Part shown: in pieces, positions 52,795-60,503 of the stretch
Numbering within the stretch: the first letter of the stretch is position 1
Layout of the letters: each line of letters starts with the position of its first letter
Source of the DNA: a virus
Taxonomy: Duplodnaviria; Caudoviricetes
Direction: 5' to 3' (one strand)
DNA: 60,503 nucleotides
Virus record (IMG/VR): IMGVR_UViG_3300021478_000004
Location: 1-60,503 of that record
Notes under the pieces: model-generated
What the model saw: the letters and a program-made list of their open reading frames with translations, nothing else
What the model was told of the DNA's origin: nothing
Databases searched by the model: none
Program-made: the position numbers and the translations under genes

Positions 52795-54852
52795 CTAGTT
52801 GGCCATCACAGTCCAATTGGTCCCGTTGCAATGCGCCTTGACGGGTAGGAAGGCTCCATTGCTGGAAATCGTCGCGCCAAAGGGGGTGTTTACGTTCGCG
52901 AGCATCTCGGCCGTCGATCCTGAGAGCGCGCTGGAGCAAGCCGGGAATGTGGAGAAATTCGTCGGCGTCGTCGTGACAATTCCCGGCCATAGCAGTTCGG
53001 ACTTGACTGTCGCACCGCCTGCGACGACGCCCGAACCGATCGCCTGCAAGAGACTATTTGACCCTTCAGTCATGTTGAAGTCCATACCCTGATTGGCGGT
53101 ATTCGGCCGAATATAAGCTGCACTCCACTGTATTTCACCGCAATTATCCGAGGCGCAACCATCAAATATCCCCTGCGCCATCTTGATCGCTGGCCCGGTC
53201 ACATGGGTTCCGACGAGTAGCGCCGTGACGGAAAAATCAATGTTCAACGCATCCAGCCAAGCCGGAGTCTGCAGTGCGCCCGCAGGCTGTCGCCCGTTTA
53301 TCCTGATGCCGTATTCGCCTTGCGCGGAACCAGTATTTTCAATATCCTCAAATCCCTCGAATGTTCCGCCAGGCGTCCAGCTTTGGATGTGATATTGACT
53401 GGCGACAATGTAGGGAAACGGAACAATTGCCGTCTCTACGAGATCACCCACAGCCCATGTTGAGGTCGAGGTTTCGAGGACAACAAGACCAGTTACGGAG
53501 CCATTGGTGTTTCCTAGGTATAGTATTTCGGCGCATGGATAAATTTTGTAGGTGTGCGTGGTTCCGACGCCAATGCCGGAATAATTTCCGGCCCCGGCGG
53601 TGTTTGGAGAGTTCACGCCAAGATGCGTCGCGTCGGTGAAATTGATAATTTGGTAGTAAGAATGCAGGGGTCCGTTTGCTGCCGGAGCCACACCATTGAA
53701 CGGAGAACCCGTGTATGTATCTGCATCGAGCGCGATGCAGCCGATATTGGTGGCATTGCCGCCTACCATATTGGCGGCCCAAGTCGTTCCTGATCCGGTG
53801 AAGATATTGCCGGCAATCGAAGCAACCGTACCCGTCGCGTATGTCGGCTGGCTCAGGTCTACCATGACCCGGTTCTGACCTGTCTGGAATGTAGAGTTGA
53901 AGGTGAGAACCTTGGCCGGGGTAACGGTGACGCCACTAACGTAATTGGCCCTGACAATGCCTTGAATCGTGTTCGTCCCGCATGCGGTGATCTGCATCGC
54001 GGTCTTGGAATCCTGCGCGGAAGGAAGCTGCTGGGCCAGCACAACCCACTGCCCGACGACGCAGCCGGTGGAACTGGCTACCGTAATCGTCTGGGCAGTT
54101 TTAGACGCCGCGATGATCTGAGTGGTGGTCGTGTTGACGGTAGATTGCGCGGGTTGCGTGCCGGTAATTGTCGACAGCGACAGGAATCCTTGCTGCGAGA
54201 GCAGATTTACGTCGGTAAATCCGCTTCCCTCATCACCCGCAATTGGCCCGCTCGCAAAGGTGACAAAGGTCGTTTTGGCGGCGCAGTCGCTGGACCCTCC
54301 GTAGCAAGTTATTATCTCCCCCGTCAGAAGCCGCTGTCCGGACGCGAGATAGGTTCCATTAATGTCCAACGCCTTCATTGTCGACTTGGCTTGCGTCGTT
54401 CCGAACGACAGCGACGAAAATATCGCATCCCCATTAATTGCGTTGATGTTGATCTCTGCGCAGTTGGCATCCGTAAACCCAGGGGTCAGCGTCGCGTTGG
54501 TGACGCCACAGGTAGCGCTGATTGATGTATGGTTGGTTGGTTGAGCAAGAACGTCGGAATCGAACCCGACGACATTCACACCCGCTCCTATGGATGAACT
54601 TCCCAAATTGAGATACGCGGCCGTGCCGCCGATTATGACGAACGGCGATGGCGCGGCTATGGTGGCTCCCCAGCCAGCGCCGAGGCCGCTCCCGGTCTGC
54701 TGCGCGACCGACAACAGCGACGCATCGGTCGCCGAACGCTCTGCCGACGTGCCGTTGCCGATGACGTGGCCGGACTTTATCGTCTGCGCATGCGCGGAAC
54801 AGACAAATAGGATCGCGAAGATAGCGGCGGCGATGCGTGTGATTGAGGTCAT
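52795..54852 (-). CDS. Tail fibre/adhesin-like protein with signal peptide, paralog of 46623..49157
   Basis: MTSITRIAAAIFAILFVCSAHA|Q; long collinear similarity to the 844-aa protein. Confidence 0.75.
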   Translation of the reverse strand: MTSITRIAAAIFAILFVCSAHAQTIKSGHVIGNGTSAERSATDASLLSVAQQTGSGLGAGWGATIAAPSPFVIIGGTAAYLNLGSSSIGAGVNVVGFDSDVLAQPTNHTSISATCGVTNATLTPGFTDANCAEININAINGDAIFSSLSFGTTQAKSTMKALDINGTYLASGQRLLTGEIITCYGGSSDCAAKTTFVTFASGPIAGDEGSGFTDVNLLSQQGFLSLSTITGTQPAQSTVNTTTTQIIAASKTAQTITVASSTGCVVGQWVVLAQQLPSAQDSKTAMQITACGTNTIQGIVRANYVSGVTVTPAKVLTFNSTFQTGQNRVMVDLSQPTYATGTVASIAGNIFTGSGTTWAANMVGGNATNIGCIALDADTYTGSPFNGVAPAANGPLHSYYQIINFTDATHLGVNSPNTAGAGNYSGIGVGTTHTYKIYPCAEILYLGNTNGSVTGLVVLETSTSTWAVGDLVETAIVPFPYIVASQYHIQSWTPGGTFEGFEDIENTGSAQGEYGIRINGRQPAGALQTPAWLDALNIDFSVTALLVGTHVTGPAIKMAQGIFDGCASDNCGEIQWSAAYIRPNTANQGMDFNMTEGSNSLLQAIGSGVVAGGATVKSELLWPGIVTTTPTNFSTFPACSSALSGSTAEMLANVNTPFGATISSNGAFLPVKAHCNGTNWTVMAN

Positions 54853-55430
54853 CTCTGATACCATCCACCGCTAGTTAGCGGATAGAACGTCTTCGCGCCG
54901 CCATCCACATCGATCAGCGCCACGCCGTTCGCGACCGCCGCCGCCGCGGAAAAGCCGTCGAGCGTTTCTCCGGAAGACGGGACGAATGTTATGTTGTTCG
55001 TATTGGCGTCATAGGTCAGGTCTTTGACGGTAATCGGCAGTCCGTTGCCGTAGCGCAAGGACGATGCAGGAAGATTGATCGTGGACGGTCCGGAAGGCGA
55101 TTTCTGAAGCAAGATGGTGGGGACATCGGTCGGTGTTACCGCTACAGCCCCTGCCGCCGTCACCGTCCTATAAGCGATGTTGCCGCCGCCTCCGCCTCCC
55201 CCGCTACCGGCCAGAGACGCAGCAGTTACGTAGTTCCAACCTCCGCTAGCGGTATCGTAAACCGCGACAATTTGCGTTGGCGTTTGTCCGGGAGCCAGCG
55301 CGAGCAACTGATAGTTAGGCTTGATCGTCCAAATGCCGTTCGCTTTGGCGACGGTGATGAACGCGCCGCCCTGCACCAGCGCCGGGAAGGGAATGCGGAC
55401 GTTGACGCGGATGTTGGCGGGAAGGGTCAC
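54849..55430 (-). CDS. Tail-associated adaptor protein (no signal peptide), GTG start
   Basis: VTLPANIRVN..FPA.V.G; C-terminal TINLP...TVKD....A..NNIT....GET.DG fibre-junction module. Confidence 0.65.
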   Translation of the reverse strand: MTLPANIRVNVRIPFPALVQGGAFITVAKANGIWTIKPNYQLLALAPGQTPTQIVAVYDTASGGWNYVTAASLAGSGGGGGGGNIAYRTVTAAGAVAVTPTDVPTILLQKSPSGPSTINLPASSLRYGNGLPITVKDLTYDANTNNITFVPSSGETLDGFSAAAAVANGVALIDVDGGAKTFYPLTSGGWYQR

Positions 55431-55852
55431 GGGCCATGCCCTCCGAAATGAACCGGCAGATTCCCGATCAGGATTTGTCGCGCGTCTTGGCCCGCGACGT
55501 CCTCCAGCCTCATAAACACGTCGTAAGTTTCGGCTCGGCGCAGCGTTTGCATGATGGTGTAGGGGATTTGCACCTGGATCGTGCCCACGTCGATGATCGC
55601 GAGATAGTTTGACAGCGTCGCTAAAATACGCGGCTCTCCGGTATCGTTGTCGTAATATGGCGAGGAAAATTGTCCATTGTGGCCATGACGATGCCTCGGC
55701 GGGGATATTTCCAAATAGATCGAATACAGAGGATTCCCCGATCCATCGGTTAGCGTGATCAGGTCGCCCGTCTGGTCGTCGGCAATCTGTGCCGTCCAAA
55801 CCCAGCTTTCTCGGTTGCTGATCGCGGGGAAGTTTACAGGGTACTCATACAT
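55427..55852 (-). CDS. Tail-associated protein (no signal peptide)
   Basis: SNRESW...G.I...IP...M..L...TYDV; resembles BppU-type N-terminal domains. Confidence 0.6.
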   Translation of the reverse strand: MYEYPVNFPAISNRESWVWTAQIADDQTGDLITLTDGSGNPLYSIYLEISPPRHRHGHNGQFSSPYYDNDTGEPRILATLSNYLAIIDVGTIQVQIPYTIMQTLRRAETYDVFMRLEDVAGQDARQILIGNLPVHFGGHGP

Positions 55853-55858
55853 CGATGG

Positions 55859-56851
55859 TCACAACTTTATATGCCATGTGCCCAACACGAATGCGGCCAT
55901 ATTGTTGTGCGCCCCGTTGCCTGCGTGATCGGTGAGTGTGAGTCCGGTTGTAGCCGTAGCGGTGGTCGCGTCGAATGTGATGATCGTGCCGCCTGGGAAG
56001 GCGTTGGCTCCCCCCGATGGGACGGCGACCGCAAATCCTGTGGCGGGGCTCAGCGGCGCGTGAGAATGCGGAACCTCCGCGTTCATCGTCAACTGGCCCG
56101 CAGGGGCCTCGGCGACCACGAGTCGATGGTTGCTCTCCCCGCCCGAAGCCGCGGGCGTAGTCGGCCCGTCACCGCCACCTGACGTGACATTGCCGGCGAG
56201 GATGATCCCGGCCGCGCTGGCCCCCATGTCGTCGAGGCCGGTGAGAACTCTCGCGCGCCAGTCCGGAAGCTGTATCGTCTTGTTAGCCGAGAAATCGGCC
56301 AGCGCGCTCGCGCCTCGCGCTCCGGCTACGGGGCAATGCGCGTTCGTGAAATTGTTCCACAGATAGACGTAAAGGTTCTGGGTGTCCGCGTTGGCTCTCT
56401 GGGACGCCCCCGAACTCGCCGAGCCGATCGTCTGGCCATTGACCTTTACCCAGCCCGTCAGAACCTCGCTAGTCGCGCGGAATTTGACGTCGCCGGTCGC
56501 GGCTACCGTCGTCGGATCGACCGAACCGCCTCCCCCGCCGCCACCGCCGCCACCGCCGGAGGAAGGGCCGATCACTTGCATGGTGGGGTAGTCGAAGACG
56601 ACGACGCCGCTAGAGTCGGTGAGTCGGACGTGTATTTGCCCGTCCGCCAAATAGAACATCGGAATGCGGCCGAACTGATCCGCCGCCAGCGGGTTCGGGT
56701 TTTTAAGCGTCAGGCCGAAGTCCTGAAAAGAATCCTGCGGCGTGCCCACCGTACCGGCCTGGAAGAAATATAGCAGCGCGCCAGCCATCGGTTGCGCGGG
56801 GCTCGTGGCCGTGAATTGCTGCGTCAGGGCGATCGGCAAAGTCCCTGCCAT
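55859..56851 (-). CDS. Proximal tail fibre with head-binding-like N-terminus and tail-collar domain (no signal peptide)
   Basis: P.AG.LYFF.AGT..TPQ...D......NP..AD..GR; TGDVK...GWV..NGQTI, LPD.R.RV..G.D, GGE..H.L...E.P, G.AHNN. Confidence 0.8.
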   Translation of the reverse strand: MAGTLPIALTQQFTATSPAQPMAGALLYFFQAGTVGTPQDSFQDFGLTLKNPNPLAADQFGRIPMFYLADGQIHVRLTDSSGVVVFDYPTMQVIGPSSGGGGGGGGGGGSVDPTTVAATGDVKFRATSEVLTGWVKVNGQTIGSASSGASQRANADTQNLYVYLWNNFTNAHCPVAGARGASALADFSANKTIQLPDWRARVLTGLDDMGASAAGIILAGNVTSGGGDGPTTPAASGGESNHRLVVAEAPAGQLTMNAEVPHSHAPLSPATGFAVAVPSGGANAFPGGTIITFDATTATATTGLTLTDHAGNGAHNNMAAFVLGTWHIKL

Positions 56852-58551
56852 CAGTTTGGCCTCTGGGGTTTTTGGTCATCACTCCCGAGAGAACCTACGA
56901 TGTCGTCTGGCGAGGCCGTTATCCCGGCGTCAGCTAGATTGCTCGAAAGGTTCCTCGACGCGAGCATGAGCCGCGCGATATTCTTCGGGACCGGCGATCC
57001 ACGGGCGGCCGTGGCGGCCTGACCGAACTTTCCGAGCGAGGATTGCATTTGACTGCCTAGCGGCGACCTAGAACGTACAAGTTCTTCCAGCCTGTGGACG
57101 TCAGCCTTCGCCATTGCCCCGCTCAGCTTCTTGAGCGCGTATCCAGCGGCCGGCAACATGACAAAGGAAGCTACCGCTGCTGCAGGATTATGTGAAAAGG
57201 CGGCCACCCCCTCGTGCCCGAGCGCACCCGTGAGCATCGCACCAAGTCCGCCTCCGCCTCCGAGCAGATTGCCTAGCCGTCGAGAGATATTCTCCGGCGT
57301 GCTACCCGACACGATGGCTTCCATCGCTGTGATCTCCTCCTTGGAAAAACCACTGCGAAGCTTTTGGTTCTTTAGGATCGGCGCGATGCGTTGGCGGATC
57401 GCGTTGTCGAGGTTCATGCCGCTGTTGGCGCGGCTAGCGTTTATGCCCGCACCGTAGAGTTCTTGTTCCAACTTGGTGCTTCGCTTAGCCGCCGCGTAAT
57501 TCCCCCTGGCCTCGGCGAGGGCGGCGGCGACAGCCTTGTTATCGCCTCGCAGCACATCAACTTTCGGAATTCTGGACATATAAGCATCTAGCGACCGGAT
57601 CGCGTGCTCGGCTGCTGCGCCTTCCGTCTTGCCAAGATTGTCATGGGCGATGTGTCCAAGGACGATGCGAAGCGTATTGAACTCCTGCCCGGTGAAAAAA
57701 GCTCCCTTGGGGGCATTGTCCAAATCTTTCAGTGTCGAAAAAGTCAACGGGGCGAGCTTGTCGTTGAAGCCCTTGGAATTCATCCCGACTACGGTCTGAT
57801 CCTTCCATAGCTTGCCGCTTTTTTGCGTGACGGCAAGGTCTTTGATGACCGGGTCTTTGTACGCCGCAGTGGCCGCGTCGAAGAGTTCTTGCGTCGTCGG
57901 CGCTTGGATCGGGGTGCGCAATCTTACCGCTTCGTCGAATGCGGCTTGCGCGCCTCTCGCGGGAACCATCGCGGGGTTCATCACATCACCGGCTACCTTG
58001 GCCGCCTCTCCGACCTTGCCGATGATGCCGGGCGCACGCGCGGCGAGGCCTCCGCCTAATGTGAGAGGTAGGCTCACGTCAGTAAGCGTGCCTATTGGAT
58101 CGCTCCCGAGGGATTTCTTGAAGCCTTCGACGCTCCCGAACTCATCGCCAAAATGCTGGCCGACCGCCTGTGCGGCTCCCTCATGCCCTGTCTGCTGCGT
58201 CAATCCGTGCTTGTAACGTTCGTCGAACGTCGCCTCTGGGAGGCCGGATTGCATGAATTTCGGGACGTACGGCTCTATCGCGGCGTTGGTCTTGGCATTG
58301 GCCATGTCGAGCGCGCCGGCCCCGACGTTGTAGAGGCCCTTCGCGGTGTCAATCGGGTGCGCAACGATACGGACGGCGTCGCCTACGGCCTTACCGGCGC
58401 TAGGGACGAAGTTGCTGATCACATTCCCCGCCACGGTCGACCATGGCGTGCTCGGCGCAGTCGGCGGGGCTTGATCCCACCAGTTGCCGCCATCCCCTGC
58501 CGGTTGCGCTGCTGGCGCGATTGGCGGTGCGTTGGCCCACCAGTCTGCCAT
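56851..58551 (-). CDS. Internal virion/ejection protein
   Basis: MADWW..AP N-terminus; Ala/Gly-rich, helical, 566 aa; follows the SLT ejection protein. Confidence 0.65.
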   Translation of the reverse strand: MADWWANAPPIAPAAQPAGDGGNWWDQAPPTAPSTPWSTVAGNVISNFVPSAGKAVGDAVRIVAHPIDTAKGLYNVGAGALDMANAKTNAAIEPYVPKFMQSGLPEATFDERYKHGLTQQTGHEGAAQAVGQHFGDEFGSVEGFKKSLGSDPIGTLTDVSLPLTLGGGLAARAPGIIGKVGEAAKVAGDVMNPAMVPARGAQAAFDEAVRLRTPIQAPTTQELFDAATAAYKDPVIKDLAVTQKSGKLWKDQTVVGMNSKGFNDKLAPLTFSTLKDLDNAPKGAFFTGQEFNTLRIVLGHIAHDNLGKTEGAAAEHAIRSLDAYMSRIPKVDVLRGDNKAVAAALAEARGNYAAAKRSTKLEQELYGAGINASRANSGMNLDNAIRQRIAPILKNQKLRSGFSKEEITAMEAIVSGSTPENISRRLGNLLGGGGGLGAMLTGALGHEGVAAFSHNPAAAVASFVMLPAAGYALKKLSGAMAKADVHRLEELVRSRSPLGSQMQSSLGKFGQAATAARGSPVPKNIARLMLASRNLSSNLADAGITASPDDIVGSLGSDDQKPQRPN

Positions 58552-60503
58552 TACGGTTTTGTCCTAGGGGTTTGGGTCGGATCGTCAACGGCGATAAATG
58601 GCGCTCCCTTCGGCAAGGCGTCGTATTGCTCCTTTGTGACCCTAGCCGGCTGGCCAGCGCCGCCTGTCGCGCTCTGAGCCGGAGCCGCCGCCGTCGGCGA
58701 TGCGCCACCCTGCGGTGCAAACCCCGCGCCGGGGATATCGCTCATCGAAAGTCCGAACTCGCTCAGCGTATCGTTGACGCCTCCCTTGGCCGATTGCAGT
58801 TCGATGTTGATCTGATCCAGCGCCGCTTCGATTTGTCCTTTGGACCACGCCTCATCCAAGAGGCCTAGCGCGTGGTCTGTTTCTCCGCCGGTCGGCGTCC
58901 CGCCGCCCTTGAGGACGCGGGCGTAGACGTTCGCCAGCGACGCGGCCGAAATGTGGAATTTGACGATATTCGGATCGCCGGTCTGTTTCGCATAGGCGTT
59001 GATGGCTGCATTGAGCGTCGGATAGTCCGTGTGGTTGAGTTTCGGCAGTAGATCACGCACTCTCGGGAGGAGACGGTTGGCCTCGTTTTCGACCAGAGTT
59101 AGCCCGGTCGCGCGCTGGAATACCGATCGGAGGCCCGCCGGCCTAGCGTTGAACCCTTGCTGCAAATCCGCGAGTTTCTGCGGGTCGATGCCTCGTTCTG
59201 CGGCAAGTTCGGCCGCACGATTGTAGACCGCCGCAAGGTTTTGCGCGCCCTGTACGCCGCGTCCGATATTCGCGGGCGGCTTGCCGGTTTTCAGCGCGGT
59301 TTCGGCAGCATCGTCGAGTGCGGCGGGAGATAGCGTGCCTTGCCCAGACGCAAACGGACCCTGAGCAAGCGGCGGGCCTCCCTGAGCCGGGAGTATCGTT
59401 TCGGTCGGACCCAGCTTGACGGGGGCAACCGATTCGGCGATCCGGTTGCGCCAGTCGGAGAGCGCCGCGACTTGCCCTTGCGCGTAGGGGTTCGGGTTCG
59501 TCGAGGCCTTCGCGATTTCGCGATCAATCGCGAGGATAGCCTGTTGCGGGTCCGTGATGCCCGGCGGGAGGGGGACTTGCGGGACGATCGGGCGATTGCC
59601 CTGCGCTCCGCCTTGGCCCCGTGCCACGGGCGCACCGCCGCCACCCGTCACCTTCGCCACATAGTCCCGCGTCTCGGCGGGCATGTAGCTGAGCCAATCG
59701 CCGCCACGCTTAGAGGCTTTGGCTTGCGCCGCTAGCACCGCGTTAGGGCCGGCGTTGTATGCAGCGGCGGCAACGTCGGGGGAGCCGAATGCCTGTACCT
59801 GCTGCGCGAAGTAGGCGCGCCCGAGCGCGAGGTTGTAGTTCGGATCGTTTTTGAACCGAACCGGGTCCCATGGCAGGCCCGCCAGCTTAGCCGCCGCCGG
59901 CCCGGTTCCCGGCTCGACCTGAGCAATCCCGATCGCGCCCGTGGGGCTCGTGACTACGGAGCCATCGGCGTTGAATTGCTTGCCGCCTGATTCCTGCGGA
60001 ACCATCCGCTGCCAGACGGCCTCGGCGGCGGGCGGAAGGCCGAAGGGAGTCCCCGCACCACCGCCGGTCCCCGGGGAGTTTCCGGTCGCAATTGCGGTCG
60101 CTTCGGCTTGCGTGAGATTCCGCTGCGGAGCGCCATAGGCGACCGTTTCTTTCGTTGCGATATCTCGCGCCGCCTCGGGTTGCGGAGTTCCTACCGTCGC
60201 CGCTTGATCCGGCATCAAATCCCAGCGAACCGGCGCGGATAGCTGGCCCGGCGCGCTCGGTCCTAGTTTCGCCGCCGACATGATGCGTTGCGCTCGCGCC
60301 ACCTGAGCCGGCGTCAGCGGCGCGGTCGGGTCGACGCCGAGGATGTTCGCGAGCATCTTCATCACGGCCGCGCCCTTCGCCGGGTCGGGCGCGACGGACG
60401 AAACCAGCGCGGCAAGCGTAGGCGGTGGAGGGGCTCCCGGCTGGGGCTGCGGCGGGGCTGGGGAAGGAGCCTGAACCGGTGCGGAGGGAAGCTGCATAGG
60501 CGC
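58551..60503 (-). CDS. Ejection protein with soluble lytic transglycosylase domain (3' part; start at 460 across the junction)
   Basis: QESGG, SPTGAIGIAQV.P.T, DP..N...G..Y, AAAAYNAGP, P.ETRDYV. Confidence 0.85.
   Translation of the reverse strand, partial: APMQLPSAPVQAPSPAPPQPQPGAPPPPTLAALVSSVAPDPAKGAAVMKMLANILGVDPTAPLTPAQVARAQRIMSAAKLGPSAPGQLSAPVRWDLMPDQAATVGTPQPEAARDIATKETVAYGAPQRNLTQAEATAIATGNSPGTGGGAGTPFGLPPAAEAVWQRMVPQESGGKQFNADGSVVTSPTGAIGIAQVEPGTGPAAAKLAGLPWDPVRFKNDPNYNLALGRAYFAQQVQAFGSPDVAAAAYNAGPNAVLAAQAKASKRGGDWLSYMPAETRDYVAKVTGGGGAPVARGQGGAQGNRPIVPQVPLPPGITDPQQAILAIDREIAKASTNPNPYAQGQVAALSDWRNRIAESVAPVKLGPTETILPAQGGPPLAQGPFASGQGTLSPAALDDAAETALKTGKPPANIGRGVQGAQNLAAVYNRAAELAAERGIDPQKLADLQQGFNARPAGLRSVFQRATGLTLVENEANRLLPRVRDLLPKLNHTDYPTLNAAINAYAKQTGDPNIVKFHISAASLANVYARVLKGGGTPTGGETDHALGLLDEAWSKGQIEAALDQINIELQSAKGGVNDTLSEFGLSMSDIPGAGFAPQGGASPTAAAPAQSATGGAGQPARVTKEQYDALPKGAPFIAVDDPTQTPRTKP
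60377..60503. repeat. Terminal repeat copy of 1-127
   Basis: Identical to the window start. Confidence 0.95.

Noticed and set aside
46623-54852. Diversity-generating retroelement or invertible fibre switch
   Set aside because: No reverse transcriptase or invertase ORF; the paralogs are in direct orientation and differ at all base types.
60377-60503. Terminal repeat as a biological direct terminal repeat
   Set aside because: Exactly 127 bp and in the middle of a gene; best explained as assembler overlap.

Overview
This window is a complete, circular ~60.4-kb genome of a temperate-type podovirus with a P22-like head/neck module. Bases 1-127 equal 60377-60503, an assembly overlap, so the unit length is 60,376 bp. 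A GcrA-like gene, a DUF1376 replication protein and the CI/Cro style point to an alphaproteobacterial (Rhizobiales-like) host; this is inference. The minus strand carries Cro, early/replication genes (split Twinkle/T7-gp4-like primase-helicase, two DNA MTases, nucleases), a Q-like gene with a PR'-type promoter/terminator, terminases, portal, scaffold, capsid, neck and ejection proteins, a long fibre/spike cluster and lysis genes. The plus strand carries CI, Bet, a HAD hydrolase, an excisionase and small secreted proteins. Three features stand out. (1) Nine consecutive fibre/spike-region genes and the capsid cement-like gene all encode N-terminal Sec signal peptides, mostly cleaving before Gln, on Cys-containing products; this suggests virion appendages are exported and attached outside the cytoplasm. 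(2) Between terminase and portal, a PurD-like ATP-grasp ligase and two unrelated small proteins share one ~19-aa C-terminal motif, a candidate capsid-loading tag, next to a putative metalloprotein. (3) An apparently intact P4-type attP follows the excisionase, but no integrase is recognisable anywhere in the genome. All family calls come from motif recognition by eye, not database searches.
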